A stretch of 64,000 bases of DNA, taken from a virus. The stretch is taken from IMG/VR virus record IMGVR_UViG_3300027782_000036, one strand, 5' to 3'. The position numbers and the translations under genes are program-made. This document shows positions 10,301 through 20,385 of this stretch, in pieces; position 1 is the stretch's first letter, and every line of letters starts with the position of its first letter. The notes beneath the pieces are model-generated. The model made no database searches and was not told where the DNA came from. It saw only the letters and a list, made by a program, of their open reading frames with translations.

Positions 10301-13300
10301 AAAACATAAACGTTGGACAATGCAAGACATTTCCAATATGGAAAATCGTGTTAATAATATTGAATACTATACAGCACTTAATGCGTTAGAAAAAAATGCT
10401 TATTCATTACAAGTACCAGATGTCAATGGTCTTAATAGATTTAAAAATGGCATTCTTGTAGATGATTTTTCTAGTTTTGCTACTGCTGATACAAGCAATT
10501 TAGATTTCAATTCTTCTATTAGTCGTAGAGAAAAAAGATTAACAGCTGCACATGATGTGTCTAATTTCCCATTGCAATCATTACAAATTCGTAATTCATT
10601 TGGACAATTGTCACCAACAACAGCTAACACTTTAGGATTTAGTGTAAAAACTATTGGTGAAACCACTATCTTTACATTACCGTATACAACAGCAAATCTT
10701 GCTTCACAACCTTTAGCAAGTAACACTGTTAATATTAATCCATTTGCTGTTAGAGTTAATCAAGGTACGATGATGTTGAATCCTCCAATGGACAATTGGG
10801 TAGATGATACTGCTCTTCCTGATTTATTAATTGTAGATCCAACATTACAAATATTCCAAGCAAGTAACAATGTTAATGTTTTACAAGTTGGTGACTGGAA
10901 ACCAGTTCCAGGAACATCAGCAACAAAAGCATCAACAAGTGTTAGTTCAGTAACAACGCCAACATCCGCTGGTGGTTCAACAATATCTACAACCACAACC
11001 ACAACAACTCAGACATATGCAACTTTATCACAATCAACTGTTTTAGGTGCTTATGATAGATTAGGTACAACATATAATCAAACAAATGGTTATATCACAG
11101 ATATTAGTATTTTACCTTATATTAGACCTCAACAGTTAGCATTCACGGCTAAAGGATTATTAACAAATACTCCTGTATCTGCTTGGTTTGATGGTGTAAA
11201 CGTTGATCGATATATTAATGCTACAGATACTATAGAATTAAAGGATGTTTTTGGAACATTCAAATCTGGTGATTTAATTGGACAATTTTTTGAGAGTAAT
11301 TTTTATCCTCTAGCTACGGTTAGTTCAGTTTACAGATACCCAAATACAAACGATGTTAGATTATCCATTATAGGTAATATTGGCACAACTCCAACTGGTG
11401 CCTCTAAGATTGAAAATTCTATATACGACACTACAGGTTCTAGAACAGGCAATACCGCTTTTGGAACACCAGTAACAACTAATACTATTATATCAATTCA
11501 TAGAAGTGGTTTAGTTTCTGGTGTTGGTGGTGGCGTTACTGCAAATACATTTGTGACTGATCCGAGTGTATCAACACCAGCCACTTTCACTTTCTATAGA
11601 GTTAGACCTTTTTGGTTGCTCTTCCCATGGCATGCAAGATTTGGTATCTGGAGCCGTCCAAATGGATTTGGGCAATTTTTAACAAATGCAACAGCAAATT
11701 CTACAATATTTAATTTTACAACCACTGGCGTATCTACTCACCATGTTAAAATTGGCGCTAATTGGTCTGATTTATCTTCTTTCCAGGTCAGAGTTAATGG
11801 TAATATTTTAAGCTTTACTGATGATGGAGATAATACAAGAAGAGCAATATTCACTACACTTAACGGAAGAAATAATGTTTCATTTACTGCAGTATCATCA
11901 TTAATAAATGGTAATTCTTTCCGAAATAATTGGTTTGGTTTAGCTATTGCTACAAGTCCTTGGTTGGGTTCCTTCACAACAGGTACAATTGTATTCAGCA
12001 CGGATGCACTGCCATCGGCAGCACCAATTACTAATGTTTCTTCAAACACAGGATTACCTGGTGGTGGTATTTACTATACTAAGGTTAGACAAATATCTTT
12101 ATCCGGTGTAGCTAATACAGCGAATGACTATTACAATAATTGTACCATTAAAATTAATTCAACAAATGTTTTATATGATACTATTACTAAAACTTATACA
12201 TTACAACCACAAACATATACTGCTAAAATTACAAAATATATTGGTCCAAATACAACCTGCTTTTTAGATTCAGATGTTAATATATCTATGGGTTATAATG
12301 CCAATGTTTCTAGTGATATTACCTCATCTTACAGTATTGATGGTACAGCCAATAATATAGTGATAGCAAGAACTGTTGGAGAAAATAGTGGAAATGGAAA
12401 CAATGTTCCTAAACTATCAACAGATGAAACGGGTTCTGTATCAGCTGTATTTAATATTCCCGCTAATTCATTTAAAACAGGTGAAAGATTATTTAAAATT
12501 GATAATCGTTTAATTCCTACTGATCCATATTCAGCAACAACGTTTGCCGAAGCTACATTTACTGCATCAGGTTTATCAACTAGATCACAAGGAATCGATT
12601 TTGCGGCTTCTCTTGATTCTGCTGCTGGTACATTTACTAGAACTGCAACTCAAGCAAATCAATTAATAAACACATCAGTATCTTCAAATACATCTGTGGT
12701 GACTATACCTCCACCACCACCACCACCTCGTATAGATCCAGTGGCACAAACATTTATTATCAGTAAAGAGAATTTTCCAAATGGTGCGTTTATCAATTCT
12801 ATTAAGTTATTCTTTAGAACTAAACCAACCACTACAAATTCTCCGGTTACATTAAGCATTCTTGGAACAGAAAATGGATATCCAAATGGTAAAATATTGG
12901 ATAATTCAATAGTAACTTTAACTCCAGATATGGTTAAGACTTCATCAACACCACATTATCTTGATTCAAATACATTTACTGAATTTGTTTTTAATAGTCC
13001 AGTTTATATTCAATCTAATATATTATATGCATTTATGTTAGAGTCATCATCATTAGATTATAATCTATTCTTGGCAGCTCAAAATGCAATAGCTATACCA
13101 TCATCTGTTAAGAATTTACCTTCAGACCCAATTCCTACTATTGTTACTAAAATTGGTGTTGCTCCGTATGTTGGTGGTTTATTTGAATCACAAAATGGTA
13201 TAACATGGTCTGTTGATCAAAGTAAAGCATTGATGTTTATTATTGATCGTTGTAGATTCAGAACATCGGCTACACCTAAAATACCTTTTGTTGTTCCAAG

Positions 13301-14408
13301 AAATTTACCTTATAGAAAATTAACATCACAAGCAGTTAAAACATTTTATGACGCCAATGGTGTTTCTAATTTATTTAATTTAATACCAGGTAGAGATGTT
13401 TTATCAGATGCGTATAATATAACAACTACAGATTTCGTACCAACAAATACTAGACTTAATTATACATTTAAATCAACAAAAGCTTCAGATTTAACATATA
13501 CAGCTGAAACTTCTGTCACTCCTGGTAAATTTGCTTGTCCAACATACGATGATATTACTTTAAATGATGGCCAAGGCCAAAGAGTATTGGTTTCTAATTC
13601 TAATTCATCATTTATATTATATGCTACACTATCATCTGGTGATGATACAGTATCTCCTGTTATTTCTGAAGATGGTTTATCGTTGTATAATATTGAATAT
13701 CGTATTAACAATATGGGATTATCTAATACGATTGTTACTATTCTTGATGGCGGGACAGGCTACGATCCAGTCAACACAGTTGTAACTATATCATCTCCAG
13801 ATGATCTAGCTGGTGTTCAAGCTATTGCAACCGCTAATGTAGTTGCTAATGTAATTCAGGATATTGTGTTTACTGAACCTGGTTCTGGTTATACAACAAC
13901 ACCGACAATTTCAATTACTGATCCTAACCGTGGTGGTAATGCTAATGTTTCAATTGTTGTTAGTGGTGAAACTGGTCCTAATGGTGGTAATGGTGTTGCT
14001 AAGTATTTTACTAAGAAAGTAGTATTAACACCAGGAAATGATTCTGGTGATTTGAGAGTTTATTATACTGCTTATAGACCAAAAGGCACAAATATTTATG
14101 TTTACTATAAGATTTTAAATAGAAATGATATTCAACCATTTGATGATTCTAGCTGGCAATTAATGACCACAACAACCGGATCTACAAATTACTCAGCATC
14201 TTCTGATAATTTAATAGAATTTGAATGTGCTCCTGGTTTAGATACGTATGCTGATGATACAGTTTCTTATACAAGCACAAGTGGTGTGACGTATACACAA
14301 TTCAGTCAATTTGCAATTAAGATTGTTCTCGCTACAAATGATAATACTAATGTACCATTTTTAACTGATGTCCGTGCATTAGCTTTACCACCAGGCACAG
14401 GTATCTAA
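7386..14408 (+). CDS. Large virion structural protein, VrlC/DUF4815-like
   Basis: N-terminal NFNVDPYYDDFD...FHRILFKPGYAVQARELTQSQ, plus GPGADR, RTFEESGDY, RFKNGILVDDF, DPVAQTF and C-terminal FAIKIVL. Confidence 0.85.
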   Translation: MALNFNVDPYYDDFDPNKNFHRILFKPGYAVQARELTQSQTILQDQISKFASHIFQKNTPVSGAKVTYNLKAQYIKINTEMNGSPVDVALFDGILIQNATGDAIARVLAVAEEGGGDPATLVVSYLSGSQFQDSDVIYSVDNVNLQCQAINLNATGSSSVASISEGVFYVINGFDQSLITETTYSIGNFVNVLPQTVILEKYGVTPSLRVGLNIIETIYDYVDDVSLLDPADGSPNYQGPGADRYVIQLDLETRPLSLGDDDGFIEVLRVENGNILKQIDGTVYSTIDDYFAKRTFEESGDYIVNDFKLAPSANTNNNDYYDLKIGKGVAYVHGYRLENQSEFTITSSRSRTKKNINNDPTLIQYGNYFYVDSANGIPDSSTMPTVDFHIVPSASISTIATSANAATYNSTVVGTAKLRAIDFDRLGGTSSQTSQYIYKAYLTDITNTTLSSNVRVGSTSANVALFDITGKFSTVNDAYVGVTLTVDSGTSAGDTRKVTAYNPTTKTLTVDAPFTVTLDTTSNITLRFAIKDVECLMKINPANYKIAANANISVQSKDNNLATGNTVLIEASSNPELVYQLGYPYVANTSGTLYETTYVFRNQSFGATTATLNLGSAPFAFLSTDPTDYIIVNESTGAIGNTACINSVSLSLDQKTATLNIKPGSQLASITATVSTKVSVTDADDANYIRRVKNLNTANTIYANTTGTKITLSGATTANGNVFVSLVDGQTLIQANAITSISTGQLLYVSDVKRIVKIIDTLSKDTLPTDSMLDNNAHNVTPYYSLDNGQRDSYYGHASIKLNPGKPAPKGDLLVLFDYYEHSASQGDGYFSVDSYLAPLSAQPESYAQIPTYTAKNGRIYSLKDCLDFRPKVVNAQTSFTFGIHNAYSYIPVNGSVFYADYSYYLARKDKLILSKDKNFQIIEGTPAVTPLYPTEPDGSLVIANLSLDAYTAYVPGEVRSGILPNLSIEKVKHKRWTMQDISNMENRVNNIEYYTALNALEKNAYSLQVPDVNGLNRFKNGILVDDFSSFATADTSNLDFNSSISRREKRLTAAHDVSNFPLQSLQIRNSFGQLSPTTANTLGFSVKTIGETTIFTLPYTTANLASQPLASNTVNINPFAVRVNQGTMMLNPPMDNWVDDTALPDLLIVDPTLQIFQASNNVNVLQVGDWKPVPGTSATKASTSVSSVTTPTSAGGSTISTTTTTTTQTYATLSQSTVLGAYDRLGTTYNQTNGYITDISILPYIRPQQLAFTAKGLLTNTPVSAWFDGVNVDRYINATDTIELKDVFGTFKSGDLIGQFFESNFYPLATVSSVYRYPNTNDVRLSIIGNIGTTPTGASKIENSIYDTTGSRTGNTAFGTPVTTNTIISIHRSGLVSGVGGGVTANTFVTDPSVSTPATFTFYRVRPFWLLFPWHARFGIWSRPNGFGQFLTNATANSTIFNFTTTGVSTHHVKIGANWSDLSSFQVRVNGNILSFTDDGDNTRRAIFTTLNGRNNVSFTAVSSLINGNSFRNNWFGLAIATSPWLGSFTTGTIVFSTDALPSAAPITNVSSNTGLPGGGIYYTKVRQISLSGVANTANDYYNNCTIKINSTNVLYDTITKTYTLQPQTYTAKITKYIGPNTTCFLDSDVNISMGYNANVSSDITSSYSIDGTANNIVIARTVGENSGNGNNVPKLSTDETGSVSAVFNIPANSFKTGERLFKIDNRLIPTDPYSATTFAEATFTASGLSTRSQGIDFAASLDSAAGTFTRTATQANQLINTSVSSNTSVVTIPPPPPPPRIDPVAQTFIISKENFPNGAFINSIKLFFRTKPTTTNSPVTLSILGTENGYPNGKILDNSIVTLTPDMVKTSSTPHYLDSNTFTEFVFNSPVYIQSNILYAFMLESSSLDYNLFLAAQNAIAIPSSVKNLPSDPIPTIVTKIGVAPYVGGLFESQNGITWSVDQSKALMFIIDRCRFRTSATPKIPFVVPRNLPYRKLTSQAVKTFYDANGVSNLFNLIPGRDVLSDAYNITTTDFVPTNTRLNYTFKSTKASDLTYTAETSVTPGKFACPTYDDITLNDGQGQRVLVSNSNSSFILYATLSSGDDTVSPVISEDGLSLYNIEYRINNMGLSNTIVTILDGGTGYDPVNTVVTISSPDDLAGVQAIATANVVANVIQDIVFTEPGSGYTTTPTISITDPNRGGNANVSIVVSGETGPNGGNGVAKYFTKKVVLTPGNDSGDLRVYYTAYRPKGTNIYVYYKILNRNDIQPFDDSSWQLMTTTTGSTNYSASSDNLIEFECAPGLDTYADDTVSYTSTSGVTYTQFSQFAIKIVLATNDNTNVPFLTDVRALALPPGTGI

Positions 14409-14409
14409 T

Positions 14410-14631
14410 ATGGGTGAATTAGTTAAAGTAAATGATTCTACTTTTGTTAGAGATGTTCAGAGTAGAGCTCTTATTAATCAAGACTACACTGGTAGAGATG
14501 AATATTATGCTAAGGTTAAGATGTTAAACAACCAAAAAACTGAAATAAATAAAGTAAATGCTGAGATCAACCAAATGAAATCTGAGATGTCTGAGATCAA
14601 AGATTTATTAAAACAATTACTACTAAAGTAG
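14410..14631 (+). CDS. Small conserved coiled-coil protein following VrlC-like gene
   Basis: VRDVQSRALINQD motif and C-terminal heptads (EINQMKSEMSEIKDLLKQLL); tight spacing with neighbours. Confidence 0.7.
   Translation: MGELVKVNDSTFVRDVQSRALINQDYTGRDEYYAKVKMLNNQKTEINKVNAEINQMKSEMSEIKDLLKQLLLK
14544..14551 (+). promoter_or_regulatory. Putative late promoter (AATAAATA)
   Basis: NATAAATA ~90 nt upstream of the 14639 fibre gene. Confidence 0.4.
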
Positions 14632-14638
14632 GACACAT

Positions 14639-17600
14639 ATGCCAGTCATAGAAAATTTAAGTTTAGCAAACACCTTTGGAGAATGGGTCAATATCACCAA
14701 TGATGCTGTTGATGCAATTAACACATTATATTTTGATAATTTTAATAAGCCGACAGGAACGTTATATTTAAGTGAACCAACAACAGGTTTAGTGGTTGCT
14801 AATAATTCTTTATTTCAAGGTTTAGTTCAAGTTGGCACTTCAGGTAGCATAGTATCTTATGGTCTGATTGAAGGTAAAGATAGTTTAGTTCTTTCAAATA
14901 CTAGTTCAAACAAAGTTGTTCTTACAGCAAATGGTATTGTTGAATTAATAGGTCCTAATGCTTCACTTAAAGTTTCTAATAATGCTATAATCTATGGTCG
15001 TTTAAACGTTGACAATATAGTTGCTAACACTATTACTGTTAAAAATTTCAATAATGATTTTTTAAATGCTGCTTTCAGTCAAGCCAACTCAGCAGCCTCT
15101 TTTGCTAATGGTGCTTTTACTAAAGCAAATACAACCAATGATTTAGCTTACTTAATTTATTCTTATGCTAATACTAGTTACACTCAAGCTAATAATGCGG
15201 CTAGTTTTGCTAATGGTGCTTTCACTAGAGCTAATACGACTAATGATTTAGCTTATATCATATATTCTTATGCTAATACTAGTTACACTCAAGCTAATAA
15301 TGCGGCTAGTTTTGCTAATGGTGCATTTAGTCGTGCCAATAGTGCTGCTTCATTTGCCAATGGTGCATTTACAACTGCTAACAATGCATTCAATGTAGCT
15401 AATGCAGCTTTCTTTCAAGCAAACAATGCATTCAATGTGACAAATGTAGTTTTTGGTGTTGCTAACAGTGCAGCTTCATTTGCTAACGGCGCTTTCGTAT
15501 CAGCTAACAGTGCAGCTTCATTTGCTAATGGTGCTTTTAATGCTGCTAATTCAGCAGCTTCATTTGCTAATGGTGCTTTCACTAAAGCTAATACGACTAA
15601 TGATTTAGCATACATCGTATATGCTTATGCTAATACAGGTTATGCTCAAGCCAATTCAGCAGCTTCATTTGCTAATGGTGTATTTACTACCGCTAATGCA
15701 GCTTTACCAAAATCAGGTGGAACATTAACAGGAGATATTACTGGTGCAAATGCTACATTTCAAAATATTTCTGCACAAGGTAATTTTACAATTAACGGCG
15801 TAACTGTTTATAACTCTGATGTATTTACATTAAATTCTGGTGCTGCAACTAATCAAAATGGTATATTCTCAAATTATAGACCTTCTGGTTCTTCTAATGC
15901 AGCTATTAGATGGAATGAATCTACCTTATCTTGGGGTATTAGAGATGTAAATAATACTGATACATCTACTGCTTATGCTAATGTTGTAACATCTAATACA
16001 ACATCATCAACAACACGTTCTGGTATTGTTCAATTAACTGATTCAATATCATCAACAAGCACAACTACAGCAGCAACACCTAATTCTGTTAAAACATCAT
16101 ATGATCTAGCACAAGGTTCTTTTAATCTCGCTAATACTTTGGTATATACATCAGGAGCATTTGATCGTGCTAACTCGGCCTATGCTCAAGCTAACTCAGC
16201 AGCCTCATTTGCTAACGGTGCATTTACAACCGCTAACTCAGCAGCCTCATTTGCTAACGGTGCTTTTGTTACTGCTAACAGTGCAGCTTCATTTGCTAAC
16301 GGTGCGTTTACTTTTGCTAATACAAGATATAGTGCATCAGGTGGTACTATCTCGGGTGATGTATCCGTAACAGGTAACTTAACAGTTAATGGTACAGCAA
16401 CATACATTTATTCTAAAGTAGTGGATATTAATGATTCATTAATTCATTTAGCTAATAATAATACTTCAAGTGATACTGTTGATATTGGTTTCTATGGAAC
16501 ATATAATACTGGTGGTTTTAACAGATATACTGGTTTGTTTAGAAAAGCAGCTGACAAATATTATTTGGTTCAAGCACTCACTACCGACCCATCACAAAAT
16601 ACTGTAACGTTTAATAATTTAAATCGATCAACCTTAGATGCAAACTTTACAGGTGGTACTGTTTCAGGCCTTTCATCTGCTATTCCTGTTGCTGACGGTG
16701 GTACAGGAACTACAACATCTACCGGTACAGGTTCGGTTGTATTACATACGGGTCCAGAACTTATTTCACCATCTATGTCTGGAATGCCTACTGCACCAAC
16801 TGCTGCAGCTGGTAATAATAGCACAATGGTGGCAACAACTGCATTTGTTCAAACTGCCGGCACCAATGTAATTGTTGCACCTTTCTTACAAGCTAACAAT
16901 TCATTTAATGTCGCTAACGCTTCATTTAATCAAGCAAATAATTCATTCAACGTAGCTAATGCTGCCTTTATTCAAGCTAACAATTCATTCAATGTAACTA
17001 ATGTTGCTTTCACTGCTGCTAATAGTGCAACTTCATTGATTAGAGGTTTTGGATTCTATACACAGAATGGTATAACTGCAAATACAGGTCCTGACGGAGT
17101 AAGATCAAGTAATAATGCTTTCATTGGATTAGCATCATCAGGTGTTTCTGTTGGCACATATGCTAATGCTAACACCATTTCTGTTGTTACCTATGATACG
17201 TATGGTCGTGCCACATATGCAGCTAACGTTCGTGTAGTTATCACATCATCACAAATTAGTGATTTATCAGCTACTATAACTCCACCTTTTGCACAAGCTA
17301 ATAATTCTTTTGCCCAAGCAAATAATTCATTCAACGTTGCTAATCTTGCATATACAGCAGCTAATGTAGCTTTTGGTCGAGTTTCAGTTACGGCAAATAC
17401 AGGCGACTTAATAGCTAATGGTATTAATACGGCAGTTGTTGGTAATGTAGTAATAGGTTTAGCAACAACTACTGTAGCTGCTGGCACATATGGTGGTACA
17501 TCACAAATTCCAGTAATTACAATTGATACTAAAGGTCGTGCTACATATGCAGCTAATGTCACCTTCTCTGGTGGTGCAACGATCACTGATGATATCACAA

Positions 17601-18010
17601 CAGATGCTACACGATATCCATTATTTGCTTCATCAACTTCTGGTACTTTATCGACTGCTTACACTTCATCTTCAGATTTAACTTATAATCCATCTACTGG
17701 TACTTTAAGTGCTGTAATCTTTACATCATTATCAGATAGAAGTGTTAAAGATAATATTCAAATTGTCACTGGTGCTTTAGATACTATTAAACAACTTGAG
17801 GGTGTATCATTTAATTGGAAAGAAAATGGTAACAAATCTTATGGTGTAATTGCTCAAGACATCGAACAAGTATTACCAGATATGGTACAAACTAATGATG
17901 CTGGTCTCAAGACTGTAGATTATCAAGCACTATCTGCTTTCTTAATTGAATCAATCAAAGAATTGAAAACAGAGATTGACACACTCAAAGAAAAGTTGTA
18001 TAATAAGTAG
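14639..18010 (+). CDS. Long fibre with Ala-Asn heptad shaft and C-terminal peptidase S74 intramolecular chaperone
   Basis: NTFGEW N-terminus, ANxA heptads, tail-fibre repeats GIVQLTDS...AATPNSVK and PTAPTAAAG...ATTAFV, S74 motif SDRSVKDNI...FNWK...GVIAQDIE. Confidence 0.85.
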   Translation: MPVIENLSLANTFGEWVNITNDAVDAINTLYFDNFNKPTGTLYLSEPTTGLVVANNSLFQGLVQVGTSGSIVSYGLIEGKDSLVLSNTSSNKVVLTANGIVELIGPNASLKVSNNAIIYGRLNVDNIVANTITVKNFNNDFLNAAFSQANSAASFANGAFTKANTTNDLAYLIYSYANTSYTQANNAASFANGAFTRANTTNDLAYIIYSYANTSYTQANNAASFANGAFSRANSAASFANGAFTTANNAFNVANAAFFQANNAFNVTNVVFGVANSAASFANGAFVSANSAASFANGAFNAANSAASFANGAFTKANTTNDLAYIVYAYANTGYAQANSAASFANGVFTTANAALPKSGGTLTGDITGANATFQNISAQGNFTINGVTVYNSDVFTLNSGAATNQNGIFSNYRPSGSSNAAIRWNESTLSWGIRDVNNTDTSTAYANVVTSNTTSSTTRSGIVQLTDSISSTSTTTAATPNSVKTSYDLAQGSFNLANTLVYTSGAFDRANSAYAQANSAASFANGAFTTANSAASFANGAFVTANSAASFANGAFTFANTRYSASGGTISGDVSVTGNLTVNGTATYIYSKVVDINDSLIHLANNNTSSDTVDIGFYGTYNTGGFNRYTGLFRKAADKYYLVQALTTDPSQNTVTFNNLNRSTLDANFTGGTVSGLSSAIPVADGGTGTTTSTGTGSVVLHTGPELISPSMSGMPTAPTAAAGNNSTMVATTAFVQTAGTNVIVAPFLQANNSFNVANASFNQANNSFNVANAAFIQANNSFNVTNVAFTAANSATSLIRGFGFYTQNGITANTGPDGVRSSNNAFIGLASSGVSVGTYANANTISVVTYDTYGRATYAANVRVVITSSQISDLSATITPPFAQANNSFAQANNSFNVANLAYTAANVAFGRVSVTANTGDLIANGINTAVVGNVVIGLATTTVAAGTYGGTSQIPVITIDTKGRATYAANVTFSGGATITDDITTDATRYPLFASSTSGTLSTAYTSSSDLTYNPSTGTLSAVIFTSLSDRSVKDNIQIVTGALDTIKQLEGVSFNWKENGNKSYGVIAQDIEQVLPDMVQTNDAGLKTVDYQALSAFLIESIKELKTEIDTLKEKLYNK
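15158..15324 (+). repeat. 105-nt-period tandem repeat (35 aa, five heptads) in the fibre shaft
   Basis: tattcttatgctaatactagttacactcaagctaataatgcggctagttttgctaatggtgc is identical at 15158 and 15263; a diverged third copy lies near 15560-15680. Confidence 0.85.
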
Positions 18011-18017
18011 ATAAATA
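18010..18017 (+). promoter_or_regulatory. Putative late promoter (GATAAATA) for glycosylation cluster 1
   Basis: NATAAATA directly upstream of the GAGGT RBS and the 18047 start. Confidence 0.55.
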
Positions 18018-18046
18018 AATTATATTATTTGAGAGGTAATTAATCC

Positions 18047-19651
18047 ATGTCTAAAGTGAAATTTCATACGGTTGATCAACCCGATTCAGACACAACCACC
18101 TTTGTATTATCATGTAATCGTCTTGATGTTCTAGACAAAACACTCCAATCGTTTTATGATACCAGAGACTATGTAACTAAAATGGTTATATTAGATGACT
18201 CAGCCGAGCCTGGTGTATTTGAAACTCTTGTTGAACGTTATGGTAAAGACTGTGATGTTATTTGTTTCCCACGTAATCGTTCACAATGGTTTGCCATGGA
18301 TTTTATGGTATCCTATTGTGATTCTGAATACATTTTCTATCTTGAAGATGATTGGGAACTCCGCCAGCCAGGTTATCTAAACAAATCAAAAGCTATTCTA
18401 CAAAAATACCGAGAAGTCGGTGTCGTTGATATCTCATGGAGAACGTTTGAGTTCCAAGGTATTGATTCATATGAAAAGAAACTTATCGATGGTGAATTCT
18501 TTTGGAAGAAACCATGGAAGATTACCGACAATCATGTAGCATGGCATCTATGGTGTGGCAGTCCTAATCTCAGACGTAGAGATGATCTTATTATGTTAGG
18601 TCGTGTAGAGAAGTGGCATAATGAATGGAACATTGATCGTAAGTTTACAGCATTAGGTTTCAAAGGTGTGTATCTTAATGGTGAATACGCAAGACATCTT
18701 GGAGATCATTGTTCTAAGATGGCTGGTCAAAGACCAGATGATTCTAAAACTCCATATGATTTTCTACCAGAAGAACTTAAAAGAAATCGTAGAGCACCTT
18801 ATATTAACTATAGGGAGATGGACTGGATCTATGAGTATCCTGCTGATGTAACATTAGTTACTATGGCTGTTGATATCTCTAGAGGTGATCGTGACTTTGA
18901 AGAACATTACATTAGAGGTCTTGATCAACTTCTTTCTGTTCGTAATCCTTTAGTTGTCTATGCTGATCCAAAATATCATGACTACATTAGAAATAAACGT
19001 AAAGAATTGAGTATTGCTACATCTAATAATCGTGTAGAGTGTAGATCATTGACATTAAGAGATTTAGAAACTAGAATACCTTTTAATGATATACAAAAAG
19101 TTATAACAGACACCAATTGGATTGATCAATCAGATTGGATTAAGAATTCACCTCTTATTAATCCTTATTATATACCACTCACTCTAATCAAGAATACAAT
19201 ACTTGAAGATGTTGCTGTTCAAAATCCATTGGGTTCAAAACGATTCTATTGGATTGATTCTGGTTTCTATAATAGCTTTGGTGTCACTGATCCAATCACC
19301 ACCTTCGACTTTCTAAAAATTACTAAAGATAATTTCTTACTTACATCTTATCCATATTCAACGAATTCAGAAATTCATGGACTTGATATTAAGTTTATGC
19401 AAGATACTATTGGTAAGAAACCGGAATATGTGTGTCGTGCTACAATCTTTGGTGGGACTAAAGATCAGATTCAAAAATTCAATGATAAATATTTTCAGTT
19501 AATGAGAAAGTCATTAGATGCTGGTCACATTGGAACAGAGGAAGCTTTGTTTACTATGGTTGAAATGATGTATCCAGATTTAGTCAAACGATATGTAATG
19601 CCTAATGGTGATATCAAAAATTATTTAATTAGTCTTAAAAAAGGTTTGTGA
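18047..19651 (+). CDS. Two-domain glycosyltransferase: GT-A (GT2-like) fused to HtrL/YibB-like domain
   Basis: N-half has VLSCNRLD, ILDDS and FYLEDDW (DxD-like); C-half has TLVT, FYWIDSG, EIHG, RATIFGG and GTEE, resembling HtrL/YibB. Confidence 0.7.
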   Translation: MSKVKFHTVDQPDSDTTTFVLSCNRLDVLDKTLQSFYDTRDYVTKMVILDDSAEPGVFETLVERYGKDCDVICFPRNRSQWFAMDFMVSYCDSEYIFYLEDDWELRQPGYLNKSKAILQKYREVGVVDISWRTFEFQGIDSYEKKLIDGEFFWKKPWKITDNHVAWHLWCGSPNLRRRDDLIMLGRVEKWHNEWNIDRKFTALGFKGVYLNGEYARHLGDHCSKMAGQRPDDSKTPYDFLPEELKRNRRAPYINYREMDWIYEYPADVTLVTMAVDISRGDRDFEEHYIRGLDQLLSVRNPLVVYADPKYHDYIRNKRKELSIATSNNRVECRSLTLRDLETRIPFNDIQKVITDTNWIDQSDWIKNSPLINPYYIPLTLIKNTILEDVAVQNPLGSKRFYWIDSGFYNSFGVTDPITTFDFLKITKDNFLLTSYPYSTNSEIHGLDIKFMQDTIGKKPEYVCRATIFGGTKDQIQKFNDKYFQLMRKSLDAGHIGTEEALFTMVEMMYPDLVKRYVMPNGDIKNYLISLKKGL

Positions 19652-20385
19652 TGTCCTCTTTGAGTTTTGTTCTATTTGGCTCTAATCAATTACAATCAGC
19701 TGATTTTGTTTTAGAGAATATTCGCAAACATTATCCTGATAATTATATTGCTTTACTTTCTGATTGTGGTGCCGATTATAGCAATCTATCTAAGAAATAC
19801 AATACAGAATACTTTTATTCTAAAAAGAAACTTAGTTATCCTGTTCAACCATTTGGTTGGAGAAAAGATAAAGTAATCGATTTTTTAGAACGACTATATA
19901 TAGCATGTCTGAGATGTAACACTACTCATATCATGTATGTTGAAGAAGATGTGATTGTATTTAAACAATTAGTAATACCAGATGATGCTGAAGTTATTGG
20001 ATTTAAAACATGTTATCCTGATGGCTCTAAATTCCCTAATGGATTTCCCGATGAGTTCATAAGAATCACCGAACAGTTTTCTGGTGTTAAACCAAATGTT
20101 ATTGGCTATGGCGCACAAGGTGGTGCAGTCTTAAAAGTTGATACATTCATAAACAACTTCTACAGAATTAAACAATTCTTATTAGATAATATGGATCATA
20201 TTCAAGACAATGTTTATCCAACAGCAGGCTGGATAGATTGTTTTCTAACTTGGTATTATCTATTATGTGGTAAAAAATATGTATTCAATCCGAATTACAT
20301 TGAAGTAAATGACCGTTTCGATTATAACAACCCACCAGCTCACGCTGAATTAGCAACACACTATCAAGGAAAATATGTAAAATGA
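19648..20385 (+). CDS. Putative GT-A fold glycosyltransferase
   Basis: NIRKHYPD...LLSDCG and HIMYVEEDV acidic motif; start overlaps the upstream stop (GTG 19648 or ATG 19651). Confidence 0.6.
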   Translation: MMSSLSFVLFGSNQLQSADFVLENIRKHYPDNYIALLSDCGADYSNLSKKYNTEYFYSKKKLSYPVQPFGWRKDKVIDFLERLYIACLRCNTTHIMYVEEDVIVFKQLVIPDDAEVIGFKTCYPDGSKFPNGFPDEFIRITEQFSGVKPNVIGYGAQGGAVLKVDTFINNFYRIKQFLLDNMDHIQDNVYPTAGWIDCFLTWYYLLCGKKYVFNPNYIEVNDRFDYNNPPAHAELATHYQGKYVK

